NCBI GenBank assembly: GCA_038227875.1
Contig: JBBRPR010000028.1
Span: 1 to 64,000 of the forward strand
Length of the DNA: 64,000 nt
Reading direction: 5' to 3'
Source of the DNA: Planctomycetota bacterium
GTDB lineage: Bacteria; Planctomycetota; SZUA-567; H5-PLA8
The notes under the pieces are model-generated. The model did no database searches and had not been told where the DNA came from. It saw only the letters and a program-made list of their open reading frames with translations. Each line of letters begins with the position of its first letter. Position 1 is the first letter of the stretch. The translations under genes and the position numbers were made by a program. Of this stretch, positions 1-9,207 are shown in pieces.

Positions 1-108
1 CGCCGCTCCGCCGCTATCGTCGCCGGCCGAGCTGGTGAGTGCGACCGACGCCGATAGCGACGGAGCAGCGGGGCTCGAGGGGAGCCCTGTTTTAGGAAAA
101 ACTCTCAT
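1..108 (-). CDS. Possible 5' end of a gene running off the window (MRVFPKTGLPSSPAAPSLS...)
   Basis: ATG at 108 on the minus strand, frame open to the window edge, preceded by an AT-richer stretch (~110-260). No recognisable motif. Confidence 0.3.
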   Translation of the reverse strand, partial: MRVFPKTGLPSSPAAPSLSASVALTSSAGDDSGGAA

Positions 109-290
109 AACGGCTGGTACATAAAACGGGGGCAGGTCAGGGATAGTAGTGAGGTTTAAAAGTTTAGAAGACATTATTCTGTCTTGGTTTATGACGCTGT
201 GAAATTTCGCGTAAATGCCTTCTCAATCTTGAGAAAGGACGTGCGCTTTGCGGCTCTTGTCACTAATGGAATTCATGTCGATGGCTGAGC

Positions 291-351
291 GTAACGCACG
301 GATGAACGAATTTCTTCGCTACGCTTAGAAATTCGCGCATCCGTGGCACCA
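291..351 (+). repeat. Palindromic REP-like element, copy 1
   Basis: CACGGATG-AACGAATTTCT-TCGCTACGCTT-AGAAATTCGCG-CATCCGTG-GCACCA; related copies at 27383, 27486 and 59211. Confidence 0.85.
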
Positions 352-426
352 TTTTTCGCGCCCCCATTACTGCCTCCGCCACTGCCCACTGCCTTCTCGC
401 CACCACCGCGCGGGGCACATGAAAAC

Positions 427-1290
427 TCAAACCGTCCCGCCCATCTCTGACCCCTGGCCCCTGACCCCTGACCCCTCGCGCTTTAGCGCGCTCGCGTTGA
501 ATTCGTCGACCAGCGCTTTGGTCGAACCAGTGGAGATGCCGCCGTCGATCAGGATCGTTTGGCCGGTGACGTAGGCACTGGCATCGGAGGCGAGGAAGAC
601 GGTGATGCCGTCGAGGTCGTTGGGCTGGCCGGGGCGCTTCAATGGGATGCGGTCGACGAGGTATTCGACCCATTCTTTGTGCTCATACAGTGCGGCGTTC
701 TGCGCGGTCTTGAACCAGCCGGGAGCGATGCAATTGACGTTGATGCCCCAGCGGCCCCAGTCGTCGGCGAGGCTCATGGTCAGCTGCCGCACGCCGCCGC
801 GGCTGGCGCCGTAGGGCCCCAAGCCCGCATAACCGAAGACCGAAGTGACCGAGCCGACGTTGATGATGCGGCCGTACTTGGCCGGAATCATGGCGCGCTT
901 GGCGATGGCTTGCGAAACGAAAAACGTGCCGCGCAGATTTGTGTCGAGGATCAGGTTCCAGTCGTCCCACGTGACGTCTTCCGCGTGCTTGCGGACGTTG
1001 CAGCCGGCGTTGTTGACGAGGATGTCGATGCGGCCGCAGCTTTTCAGCACGGAGTCGGCCATGCGCTGAATGCTGTCGAAATCGCGGACGTCCAGATCGA
1101 CGCACGTCGCCTTGCGCCCGAGCGCCTCGACTTCCTTCTGGAAATCGGCGAGCGATTCCTTCTTGCGGCTGGTGATCACCAGGTCCGCTCCGGCGCGCGC
1201 CAGGGCACGGCCGAAATACTGCCCGAGACCGCGGCTGGTCCCGGTAATCAGCGCCACTTTGCCGCTCAGATCGAAGAGCTTGTCAGCCAT
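427..1290 (-). CDS. SDR family oxidoreductase (gluconate 5-dehydrogenase/KduD-like)
   Basis: TGxxxGxG (TGTSRGLG), NNAG, YxxxR in place of YxxxK (YGASR), NCIAPGWF, VTGQTILIDGG. Confidence 0.9.
   Translation of the reverse strand: MADKLFDLSGKVALITGTSRGLGQYFGRALARAGADLVITSRKKESLADFQKEVEALGRKATCVDLDVRDFDSIQRMADSVLKSCGRIDILVNNAGCNVRKHAEDVTWDDWNLILDTNLRGTFFVSQAIAKRAMIPAKYGRIINVGSVTSVFGYAGLGPYGASRGGVRQLTMSLADDWGRWGINVNCIAPGWFKTAQNAALYEHKEWVEYLVDRIPLKRPGQPNDLDGITVFLASDASAYVTGQTILIDGGISTGSTKALVDEFNASALKREGSGVRGQGSEMGGTV
445..476. repeat. Heptamer tandem repeat (CCCCTGA)n within the SDR 3' end
   Basis: ctctga-cccctgg-cccctga-cccctga-cccct, translated as EGSGVRGQGSE. Confidence 0.8.
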
Positions 1291-1323
1291 GTCGCGGAAT
1301 TCCTGTAAAGTTGTTCAGCCGAA

Positions 1324-2361
1324 TCAGACCGTTAAGACGACTTTGACGAGACCCTTTTCTTTCGCGTGCAGACGCTGAAACCAGCTGGCGCCCTCGGTCA
1401 ACGGAGCTTTGGCGCTGATCAGCGGTTTGACATCGACGGCGCCGCTGGCGATCAGGTCGAGGCAGACGGGGTATTCGCCGCAGGAGGCGCACGTGCCGCG
1501 CAGAGTGATTTCGCGCGTGACGACCGACTGCAGCGAAAGATCGATCTGCGGCGACAGATTGCCGACCAGCGTCAGCGCGCCGCCTTTGCGCAGCGCGAAA
1601 ATCGCGGTCTTGATCGAAGGCGTGATGCCGACGGCTTCGAAGGCGATGTCGGCGCCGCGGCCGCCGGTGAGTTTCTGTACGGCGGCGACGGCGTCTTCGG
1701 TATCGGACTTGATGCAGACGTTGGCGCCGAATTTCTGCGCCATGTCGAGCTTCTCGCGGTCGAGATCGATGGCGACGATGCGGCCGACGCCGCTGTTGCG
1801 CAGCACCTGGACGATCAGCAGGCCGATCATGCCGCAGCCGACGACCAGCGCCGTATCGCCGAGACTACGCGGCGTGCGGTTGACGGCGTGAACGGCGACG
1901 GAGAGCGCTTCGACCATCGCGGCCTCTTCGAAGGGCAGGCCGTCGGGCAGGCGATAGAGAATGTGCTGCGGCACGGCCACGAATTCCGCGAACGCGCCGT
2001 GGCGGCGGTAGTCGTCGCAGGAGACGCCGAGGACCTTGCGGTTGTCGCAGAGGTTGATCAGGCCCTGCCGGCAGAACGAACACGTGCCGCAGTAGACGGT
2101 CGAATCGAAGGTGACACGGTCGCCGGGCTTCCAATTCTTAACCGCGGAGCCGCACTGCGCGATCACACCTGCGGCTTCGTGGCCCATGATGATCGGCGGC
2201 TTGCGGCGGCCGGTGGAACCGTCCATGCCGTGAACGTCGCTGCCGCAAATCCCGCACGCGCGCACCTGCACCAGGACTTCGTCGGGAGCGATGGCCGGTT
2301 CGGGGAAGTCTTCGAACGTGAATTTGCACTTATCGACGAGCATCAGGGCTTTCATGCGCAC
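1324..2361 (-). CDS. Zn-dependent alcohol/sugar dehydrogenase (galactitol-1-P 5-dehydrogenase/IdnD-like)
   Basis: CGICGSD, GHE, structural Zn motif CGTCSFC..C, GCGMIG nucleotide-binding motif; 33 bp upstream of the SDR on the same strand. Confidence 0.92.
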   Translation of the reverse strand: MRMKALMLVDKCKFTFEDFPEPAIAPDEVLVQVRACGICGSDVHGMDGSTGRRKPPIIMGHEAAGVIAQCGSAVKNWKPGDRVTFDSTVYCGTCSFCRQGLINLCDNRKVLGVSCDDYRRHGAFAEFVAVPQHILYRLPDGLPFEEAAMVEALSVAVHAVNRTPRSLGDTALVVGCGMIGLLIVQVLRNSGVGRIVAIDLDREKLDMAQKFGANVCIKSDTEDAVAAVQKLTGGRGADIAFEAVGITPSIKTAIFALRKGGALTLVGNLSPQIDLSLQSVVTREITLRGTCASCGEYPVCLDLIASGAVDVKPLISAKAPLTEGASWFQRLHAKEKGLVKVVLTV

Positions 2362-2515
2362 CTCTTATAAGCAGTGAACAACAGGTTGATCAAAACCGTA
2401 CCGCAGCTCGCGAACCGTGCGAATAGAGAATCGGACGCCGAAGTCGGTCTCTCATGTCACACAGAATTTTCACTTCTTTCCGGTGACTTGACTTTCAATA
2501 TTGTGTTGACGAAAC

Positions 2516-3241
2516 ATGGTTTCGATGAATTTTACGCGTCGGAAAGTGATCGCGGGAGTTTCCTTCGCCCTCATGCTTGGCGGCACGGTTCTTTTTGCCG
2601 TGGTCGCCATCGACAAAGGCTTGCCCAAAGGCCGTGAGGTTTGGATCAACCTATGGCCGGTCATTACCGGAATCGGCACGATCGTCTCTTACCTTGCGCT
2701 GCGCAAGAACGACCATCAGCTCCCGTCGCCGCCGGGATCGTGGCACCTCTCGCTGAACGACCTGCTGGCCGCTTCGCTGACCTTCGGCGCGTTGCTGGGC
2801 ATCGTTCGCGCTGCCTGCGACGATTTGGATTTTGTCCAAGCCACGTTTATTTCAGCGTTGATCACGGCCGAGATGATCTTCGGATTTTTATGCGCCAGTC
2901 GAGCCCAAATTCCGCGCCAACGACGAGCGTTGTTCGGGCTCACTTTCGCGCTTGGAGCGACGGGTCTGCTGATTCTCGGCGGTTGGGCTTCCGTCGCGAT
3001 TTTGCTTCTCATTCTGCGTCGCGGCCAGTTTGAACTATCGGAACTCTGGCCGCATCAAAGCAGCGCGCGACTGGCATTCTGTGCGATGCTTATCGGCCTG
3101 CCTGCGGCGCGTTATTGTTACCGCATGTTTTGCGAATCGCAGACCACCTCCGAATCCGACGGCGAACTGCCTGGCGGTACCGGCACGGAAGAATTGAAGC
3201 GCGTGGACCGCTCCGGCGTACCCGTAACGCGGCACGAGTGA
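2516..3241 (+). CDS. Hypothetical multi-pass membrane protein
   Basis: About 6-7 hydrophobic segments; internal WHLSLNDLLAASL motif. Confidence 0.65.
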   Translation: MVSMNFTRRKVIAGVSFALMLGGTVLFAVVAIDKGLPKGREVWINLWPVITGIGTIVSYLALRKNDHQLPSPPGSWHLSLNDLLAASLTFGALLGIVRAACDDLDFVQATFISALITAEMIFGFLCASRAQIPRQRRALFGLTFALGATGLLILGGWASVAILLLILRRGQFELSELWPHQSSARLAFCAMLIGLPAARYCYRMFCESQTTSESDGELPGGTGTEELKRVDRSGVPVTRHE

Positions 3242-3329
3242 GCGGCGTTTAATTTTTAACTTTTGATTCCCGCGCGCGCATGCACTGAGTATCATGCCTC
3301 CGTCTTAGAGTACCGGAGAGCAGCAACGC

Positions 3330-5153
3330 GTGACGCAGACGGCACGGTCGACATCCGTTCGACGCAAAGCCACACCCGGCCGCTGGGCCATGCCCCCGGA
3401 GGACGCGGAGTTCACGGCGCAAGCGGCGCGGCTGGCTTCCGGGTTGCAAATCTCGCCGGTCTGCGCGCGCATTCTGCTACGCCGCGGTTTCACGACGTTA
3501 GAGTCGGCCACCGATTTTCTCACGCGCCGCATGGATCTGCTCCACGATCCGATGAAGCTGCCGGACATGGCGCTGGCCGTCGCGCGCATCGCTCAAGCGG
3601 TCGACAAAAATCAACGCATCGTCCTCTTTGGTGATTACGACGTCGACGGCGTGACCTCGACGGCGCTGCTGACACGCTTTTTCCGCGTGCTCGCCAAGCA
3701 CCGGCGCACGGAAATCGACGTCCATCCCTGCATCCCCGAACGCAAGGACGGCTACGGGCTGAGCCCCGCGGCGATGGAACGGTTGCTGGCGATCAAGCCG
3801 GACCTGGTGATCACGCTCGATAACGGTACGGCGTCCTATGATGCGGTGGTCGAGTTTAAACGCCACGGCATCGACTGCGTCGTTGTCGATCATCATCACA
3901 TCGGCACGGCGCTGCCGCCCGCGGTGGCGACGATCAACCCCAAGCGCCGCGACGGCGACTGCGCGTATCCGTTCACGGAACTGTGCGGCGCGGGCGTCAC
4001 GTTCAAACTGGCGTGGGCGCTGGCGGTGCATTTTTCGCAGAACAAACGCGTCACGCCGGACTTCCGCACGTTTCTGCTCGACGCACAGGCACTGGCTGCC
4101 ATGGGCACGCTCGCCGACGTCGTCCCGCTCGTGGATGAAAACCGTGTGATCGCGCACCACGGACTAACGGCGCTGGAACGGACGCAAATGATCGGGCTGC
4201 GCGCGCTGATCGACATCTGCAAGATCGAAGGGCGGCCACGGCCGTCGGACGTCACGTTCCGCATCGCACCGCGCATCAACGCGGCCGGGCGCTGCAGCGA
4301 CGCGGCTCTGGCGCTGGAACTGCTGCTGACGGAAGATTCCGCGCGCGCGAAGGAGTTGGCCGGGGTTCTCGACGGACTGAACGCCGAGCGCCAGACGATC
4401 GAAGCGAACATTTTGGACTCCGCACGAGCGCAGGCTCTGGAGCAGCTGGCACGCACTCCGGATTGCCGTGCGTTTGTGCTGGCCGCCGACGACTGGCACA
4501 TCGGCGTGGTCGGCATCGTGGCCTCGCGCATCGTCGAAGAATTTCACCGGCCGGCGCTGTTGCTGTGCATCAATGCGGAGACGGGGACAGCGCACGGTTC
4601 CGGACGTTCGATCCGCAAACTGCAGCTCTACGAAGCGCTCGATACACAGCGGCCGCTGTTGAAAACCTTTGGCGGTCATGCGGCGGCGGCGGGATTGACC
4701 CTGATCGCGACAAACATCGATCCGTTCCGCGCGGCTTTCCAGAGCGCCGTGGCGAACGTGCTTTCGCCGGAGGACATTGTTCCCGTGCAGCACGTGGACG
4801 AGCGCGTGGAGATGAGCGCTCTGACCGTGGCGCTCTGCAACGATCTGGAAAAATTTGAACCGTGCGGCGCCGGAAATCCGCGGCCGATTCTCTCGGCCGT
4901 GGCGGCGACCGTTCCCGCGCCTCCGAAACTCTTCGGGACCGACGAGCGGCACCTGAGTTTCTTCGCGCGGCAGGGCAACGCGACGCGGCGCGTGGTCTCG
5001 TTCAGCGGCGCGACGCATTTCAATTCGCTCTGCGATTTCACCAGCGCGTCGGGCAAGATCGATCTGGCCTTCCGCCCGCAGCTCAACACGTTTCGCAACG
5101 AGACGACGGTGGAACTGCATCTCGAAGCGTTCAAGAAGAGCGACGTCGGTTGA
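3330..5153 (+). CDS. recJ: Single-stranded-DNA-specific exonuclease RecJ
   Basis: GDYDVDG, ITLDNG, DHH, GTLADVVPL, PRINAAGR, GSGRS, FGGHAAAAG, EPCGAGNPRP. Confidence 0.96.
   Translation: MTQTARSTSVRRKATPGRWAMPPEDAEFTAQAARLASGLQISPVCARILLRRGFTTLESATDFLTRRMDLLHDPMKLPDMALAVARIAQAVDKNQRIVLFGDYDVDGVTSTALLTRFFRVLAKHRRTEIDVHPCIPERKDGYGLSPAAMERLLAIKPDLVITLDNGTASYDAVVEFKRHGIDCVVVDHHHIGTALPPAVATINPKRRDGDCAYPFTELCGAGVTFKLAWALAVHFSQNKRVTPDFRTFLLDAQALAAMGTLADVVPLVDENRVIAHHGLTALERTQMIGLRALIDICKIEGRPRPSDVTFRIAPRINAAGRCSDAALALELLLTEDSARAKELAGVLDGLNAERQTIEANILDSARAQALEQLARTPDCRAFVLAADDWHIGVVGIVASRIVEEFHRPALLLCINAETGTAHGSGRSIRKLQLYEALDTQRPLLKTFGGHAAAAGLTLIATNIDPFRAAFQSAVANVLSPEDIVPVQHVDERVEMSALTVALCNDLEKFEPCGAGNPRPILSAVAATVPAPPKLFGTDERHLSFFARQGNATRRVVSFSGATHFNSLCDFTSASGKIDLAFRPQLNTFRNETTVELHLEAFKKSDVG
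5100..5117 (+). repeat. 18-bp direct repeat, copy in the recJ 3' end
   Basis: GAGACGACGGTGGAACTG, identical to 6083-6100. Confidence 0.75.
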
Positions 5154-5208
5154 AAGTCTTCGCAATTTTCCTTAGTTGTTTGCGACTCATATCGTCAATC
5201 GATTTGAC

Positions 5209-5236
5209 TTGACATGCAACCGTTAGGTTGCATAAT
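5209..5236 (+). promoter_or_regulatory. Sigma70-type promoter overlapped by a putative ArsR operator
   Basis: TTGACA (5209-5214), 16-nt spacer, CATAAT (5231-5236); inverted repeat ATGCAACC-gtta-GGTTGCAT (5214-5233). Confidence 0.75.
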
Positions 5237-5249
5237 GACGGGTGTGCCA

Positions 5250-5576
5250 ATGAAACGCGTTGATGATTCGAAAGTTTTCAAGGCATTGGCCGACAGCAGC
5301 CGTCGCGAGTTACTGGACCGGTTGTTCGCTCATAACGGCCAGACTTTGGGCGAACTGTGTGGCGATCTGAAGATGACGCGGCAAGCGGTCTCAAAACATC
5401 TGATCATCCTGGAGAAGGCGAACCTGGTCTCCATTCATTGGCGCGGACGTGAGAAACTGCATTACCTGAATCCGGTGCCGATCCATCAGATTCAGACGCG
5501 TTGGATTGCCAAATACGAGACGGGGCGGCTGCAGGTGCTGGACGATTTAAAACGTGGGCTGGAAAACAAAGAGTGA
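5250..5576 (+). CDS. ArsR/SmtB family transcriptional regulator
   Basis: VFKALADSSRRELL, MTRQAVSKHL..LEKANLV, GREKLHYLNPVPI; start chosen at ATG 5250. Confidence 0.92.
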   Translation: MKRVDDSKVFKALADSSRRELLDRLFAHNGQTLGELCGDLKMTRQAVSKHLIILEKANLVSIHWRGREKLHYLNPVPIHQIQTRWIAKYETGRLQVLDDLKRGLENKE

Positions 5577-5602
5577 GCAGAATATTTTTTGGGGGGCAAG
5601 TC

Positions 5603-6028
5603 ATGAAAGATCCTGATTTCATCTATATCCAATACATCGGTGCCACGCCTGATAAGGTGTGGGAGGCACTGACGACCAACGATTTCCTCTCGAAGTACTG
5701 GACGGGTCCCATTGAAACAGACTGGAAGACCGGCTCGCCTCTGACGATGCACTTCCTTGACGGCAAGGTGGATTGGGATGGTAAGATTCTCGAATGCGTT
5801 CCGCCGAAAAAGTTGTCGTATACATTCCGCATCCATGGTTACCAGGAAGAATCGTCGCGCGTGGTCTTTGAACTTGAGCCGGCGGGGCGCAAGGCTACTA
5901 AATTGACCCTGTCTCATTACGACATCGAAGCCAAGTGCCGCAAGGGCATCGCGGAAGGCTGGTCGTCCTTGTTGTCGGGCATGAAAACGCTGGTGGAGAC
6001 CGGCGAGCTGCTCGATAGGTCGGCGTAA
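5603..6028 (+). CDS. SRPBCC/AHSA1 domain protein
   Basis: YIGATPDKVWEALT, GKILECVPPKKLSYTF, GWSSLLSGMKTLVETG; common partner of this ArsR type. Confidence 0.9.
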   Translation: MKDPDFIYIQYIGATPDKVWEALTTNDFLSKYWTGPIETDWKTGSPLTMHFLDGKVDWDGKILECVPPKKLSYTFRIHGYQEESSRVVFELEPAGRKATKLTLSHYDIEAKCRKGIAEGWSSLLSGMKTLVETGELLDRSA

Positions 6029-6082
6029 TGAATGACTCGTGAGGCCGTACGCCGCGATACGTTCAAACGTGGTCTGGCGATT

Positions 6083-6108
6083 GAGACGACGGTGGAACTG
6101 AAGAGCGA
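6083..6108 (+). repeat. Second copy of the recJ 3'-end sequence
   Basis: GAGACGACGGTGGAACTG followed by AAGAGCGA, which also occurs just before the recJ stop. Confidence 0.7.
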
Positions 6109-6119
6109 GTAACGGGAAA

Positions 6120-7214
6120 TTACAGTTCTTTCAGGCGCGGGTCTTCTTTGCGGAGCAGGCGCGTGGTTTTGCGGAGCAGGCGCGTGTTGCGGCGGGCGGG
6201 TTTGATGGGCGTGCCCGGTGTCGCGGGAACAGCCGGCACGGTTCCGCCGGACAAACTCGCGGGTACGTTGGCCAACGGGCTAACCGCCGGAGCGCCGGCC
6301 GTCGACGCCGGCGCGGAGTTGCTCAGCATGCTGGTGAGGCCGCCACGGCGCAGGTACTTGGTCAGGAAGACGACGTTGCCTTTGCGGTTGTAGGTAACTT
6401 CGTCCATGACTTTGCGCGTCAGAAAAATGCCCCATCCTCCCATGCGCTTGCCGGAGTGGCGCCGGTTTTGAATGTGGCCCATCGGATCGCGGCTGGGGTC
6501 GGGAATATCCGTCGGCGTGAAACCGTCGCCTTCGTCTTCCACGCGGAAGGTGATGCGGTCGGGCATCAAGCAGTAGGAGAGTCGCAGCTTTTTGCTGCGG
6601 TCGCGATTGTTGCCCCACTCGATCGCGTTCTGCACGATTTCTTCCAGCGCAAGATGGAGATCGTTGCGTTCTTTGTCATTCAAACTCGAGGCCAGCAACC
6701 GGTCGACGAAGCGCTGGAAACGGCCGGCCTGGTGCGAATCGGAAAGCGACGTCAGTTCGACGAAGGTCCCGCCAATGTTGGTGACGGCCGCGGGAGCCGC
6801 GGGCAACTCCGCGTCGGAGTCGCTGTCCTTGCGTTCGGCGTGCTGATCGACGAGGAAGGCGACGGCGCGGCGGAGTTCGCGCAAGTCGACAGGCTTCTGC
6901 AAATAATCGTCGGCGCCCGATTCCAGCGCCTTGGCGACGCTCTGGTCGGTCTGCATCGACGAGAGCACGAGGATCGGTACGCGGCATTCCTGCGCGCGAA
7001 GTTTGAGGATGAAATCAATCCCGCTCATGCCGGGCATGGTCAGGTCGGAGATCACCAAGTCGTAATCGGGGCTGCTGGTGTAAAGCGCGAGCGCTTCGTC
7101 GCCGCCGTGCGCGGTAACGACTTCGTAAACGCCATCCGACGTCAGCGCGGCGGAGAGCAACCGGCGCGTTGGCGCATCATCGTCCACGACTAGAAGGCGA
7201 ACGGGCTTATCCAT
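6120..7214 (-). CDS. Response-regulator receiver fused to an RsbW/SpoIIAB-like HATPase (anti-sigma Ser kinase) domain
   Basis: REC: LLVVDDD, ISDLTMPGMSG, GADDYLQKP. HATPase: LEEIVQNAIEWGN, VEDEGDGF, GWGIFLTRKVMDEVTYN.KGN. Low-complexity basic tail. Confidence 0.88.
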   Translation of the reverse strand: MDKPVRLLVVDDDAPTRRLLSAALTSDGVYEVVTAHGGDEALALYTSSPDYDLVISDLTMPGMSGIDFILKLRAQECRVPILVLSSMQTDQSVAKALESGADDYLQKPVDLRELRRAVAFLVDQHAERKDSDSDAELPAAPAAVTNIGGTFVELTSLSDSHQAGRFQRFVDRLLASSLNDKERNDLHLALEEIVQNAIEWGNNRDRSKKLRLSYCLMPDRITFRVEDEGDGFTPTDIPDPSRDPMGHIQNRRHSGKRMGGWGIFLTRKVMDEVTYNRKGNVVFLTKYLRRGGLTSMLSNSAPASTAGAPAVSPLANVPASLSGGTVPAVPATPGTPIKPARRNTRLLRKTTRLLRKEDPRLKEL

Positions 7215-7299
7215 TACAGGTGACTCCTGAACGAAGCCTATATAAATGGCCGCGTCTAGGCAAGCATTTCAAATCACAAATGACAATGCACTATGTTAC

Positions 7300-7770
7300 C
7301 TAACGAGGTGCGCCTGTCAAGGACAACACGGTTTCCCATTCTTCCGGTCGAACGGGCTGGATCGACAGGCGGCTGCCCTTCTGGAGCAGCACCATCTTAC
7401 TGAGCGCCGGCACCTTCTTAAGATCGGTCAACGGCAGCGGGGTTGAGAGTTTTTTCACAAATCGCACGCTGACCATCATCCAGGTTGGATTTGCCGGATC
7501 GCTCTTCGCGTCGTAGTACTCGCTCTTTTTGTCGAATTGCGTGGGATCGGGGTGGGAGGTCTTGCTGACTTCCGCGATGCCCGCGATCGCCGGGACGTCG
7601 CAACTGGAATGGTAAAAGAGCACGCCATCGCCCTTCTGCATGGTGTCGCGCATGAAATTCCGCGCCTGGTAGTTGCGCACACCCGTCCAGCCGGCTTCGC
7701 CGTCTTTCTGGAGTTGATCGATGGAGAAGACGTCGGGTTCGGATTTCATCAGCCAGAATTGTTTGGGCAT
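7300..7770 (-). CDS. EVE domain protein (Thy1-like, PUA fold)
   Basis: WLMKSEP, WTGVRNYQARNFMR, FYHSSC, RLSIQPV. Confidence 0.95.
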   Translation of the reverse strand: MPKQFWLMKSEPDVFSIDQLQKDGEAGWTGVRNYQARNFMRDTMQKGDGVLFYHSSCDVPAIAGIAEVSKTSHPDPTQFDKKSEYYDAKSDPANPTWMMVSVRFVKKLSTPLPLTDLKKVPALSKMVLLQKGSRLSIQPVRPEEWETVLSLTGAPR

Positions 7771-7794
7771 TGATGTTTCCCCTAATTATTGAGC

Positions 7795-7869
7795 GGCTCT
7801 TAGCTCTTGGCTCTTGGACCTGTCGGGAGAAAAGCGCGTCTAGCCCGTCCGGCCCAAGAGCTAAGAGCC
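7795..7869. repeat. Inverted pair of (GGCTCTT)n heptamer arrays spanning the flavoprotein stop codon
   Basis: GGCTCTTAGCTCTTGG (7795-7810) is the exact reverse complement of CCAAGAGCTAAGAGCC (7854-7869). Confidence 0.8.
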
Positions 7870-9207
7870 CAAAGCCGCACTCTTCTTCGCGGCGTTCTCG
7901 CCGGCCAAATATCCCGTCGAAAACGCGGCCTGCAAGTTGAAGCCGCCGCAGCGTCCGGTCAGGTCGAGAATTTCGCCAGCGAAAAAGAGGCCGGGGTTGA
8001 GCTTGGATTCGAGCGTGACGGGATCGATGCCGTCCCATTCGATGCCGCCCGCGGTGACTTCGCCGTATTCGATGCCGCGGGTGCCATTCACGGTCAGGCG
8101 GGTGCTCTTCATCACGTCCAGCAATTTCATGCGCGCGGCTTTGGGCAGACGGCAGACGGAGGTCTCGGCGTCGTTGCCCAGCGTGTGTTCGATGTGTTCG
8201 AGCAGGCGGTTGGGCATCATGCCGTCGAGCGCGCGACCGGCGGTGCGGTTGGGGAATTGCTTGAAACGCTCCTGCAACAGCGCGTCGAGTTCCTCGCGTT
8301 TCATGTCGGGAAAAAAGTCGAGCAGCAGTAGCGCGCGTTTCAAACCACTCGCGACGTAGGTGTTGGAGACGTCGAGAATCGCCGGGCCGGAGATGCCAAA
8401 ATGCGTGAACAGAATCTCCGCGCGTTCCTTGCAGAGCGGCTTGCCCTGCTGGGGAATCGGGAAGAGCGTCGCTTCGGTGTCCGGCCAGGCCAATCCTTGC
8501 AGACCTTTAGCCCAGTCGTCTTCGACCGTCAGCCCCACCAGCGCGGCGCGGAGCGCCGTGACCTTGTGCCCGAGATTGCGCGCCCAGGCGTAACCGTCGC
8601 CAGAGGAGCCCGTCGCGGCGTAGCTCAAGCCGCCTGTGCAGACGATCACCGTGCGCGCGTGATGAACTTCGTCGACTTCGGCGAACTTGCCTTCAATGCG
8701 GAAGAGTTTCTCGGTGTCGTCGGCTTTCGGCGGCGTGATATTGGTAATGCGCGCCAGCGTGACGAGTTTGCCGCCGGCCTTCTGCATCTCGGAGACCAGC
8801 GCGTTGACGACATCGCCGCCGCGGCCGCTCTTGGTGTAGAGGCGGTAATTTTTCTCCAACTGCCCTTCGACGCCGTAGCGGGCGAGCATTTCGACCAGCG
8901 AATCGCGGGAAAACGCGCGGAGCGCGTGGCCCAGATGGCCGGCGTTTTTGTCGCCGAAGAGTTTCACGAACTGGCGCGGGTCGAGCGTATTGGAAAAGTT
9001 GCAGCGCCCGCCGCCGGAGATCGCGACCTTGCGCGCTGCGGTCTTCATCCGTTCAAACACGACCGTCTGCGCGCCCGCGCGTGCGGCCGCCAGACCCGCG
9101 AGCAGGCCGGCGCCGCCAGCGCCGATGATGGCGACGTCGATGACGGAGCGGCTCTTGGCTCCTGGCTCTTGGCTCTGGGACGCAGGCGTTTCGGGAATGG
9201 AATTCAT
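7861..9207 (-). CDS. HI0933/YhiN/BaiN family FAD-dependent oxidoreductase
   Basis: IIGAGGAGL, KVAISGGGRCN, TGGLSY..TGSSGDGY, LFTHFGISGP, VTAGGI, GEILD..G.CGGFNLQAAFSTG; start chosen at ATG 9207. Confidence 0.95.
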   Translation of the reverse strand: MNSIPETPASQSQEPGAKSRSVIDVAIIGAGGAGLLAGLAAARAGAQTVVFERMKTAARKVAISGGGRCNFSNTLDPRQFVKLFGDKNAGHLGHALRAFSRDSLVEMLARYGVEGQLEKNYRLYTKSGRGGDVVNALVSEMQKAGGKLVTLARITNITPPKADDTEKLFRIEGKFAEVDEVHHARTVIVCTGGLSYAATGSSGDGYAWARNLGHKVTALRAALVGLTVEDDWAKGLQGLAWPDTEATLFPIPQQGKPLCKERAEILFTHFGISGPAILDVSNTYVASGLKRALLLLDFFPDMKREELDALLQERFKQFPNRTAGRALDGMMPNRLLEHIEHTLGNDAETSVCRLPKAARMKLLDVMKSTRLTVNGTRGIEYGEVTAGGIEWDGIDPVTLESKLNPGLFFAGEILDLTGRCGGFNLQAAFSTGYLAGENAAKKSAALGS

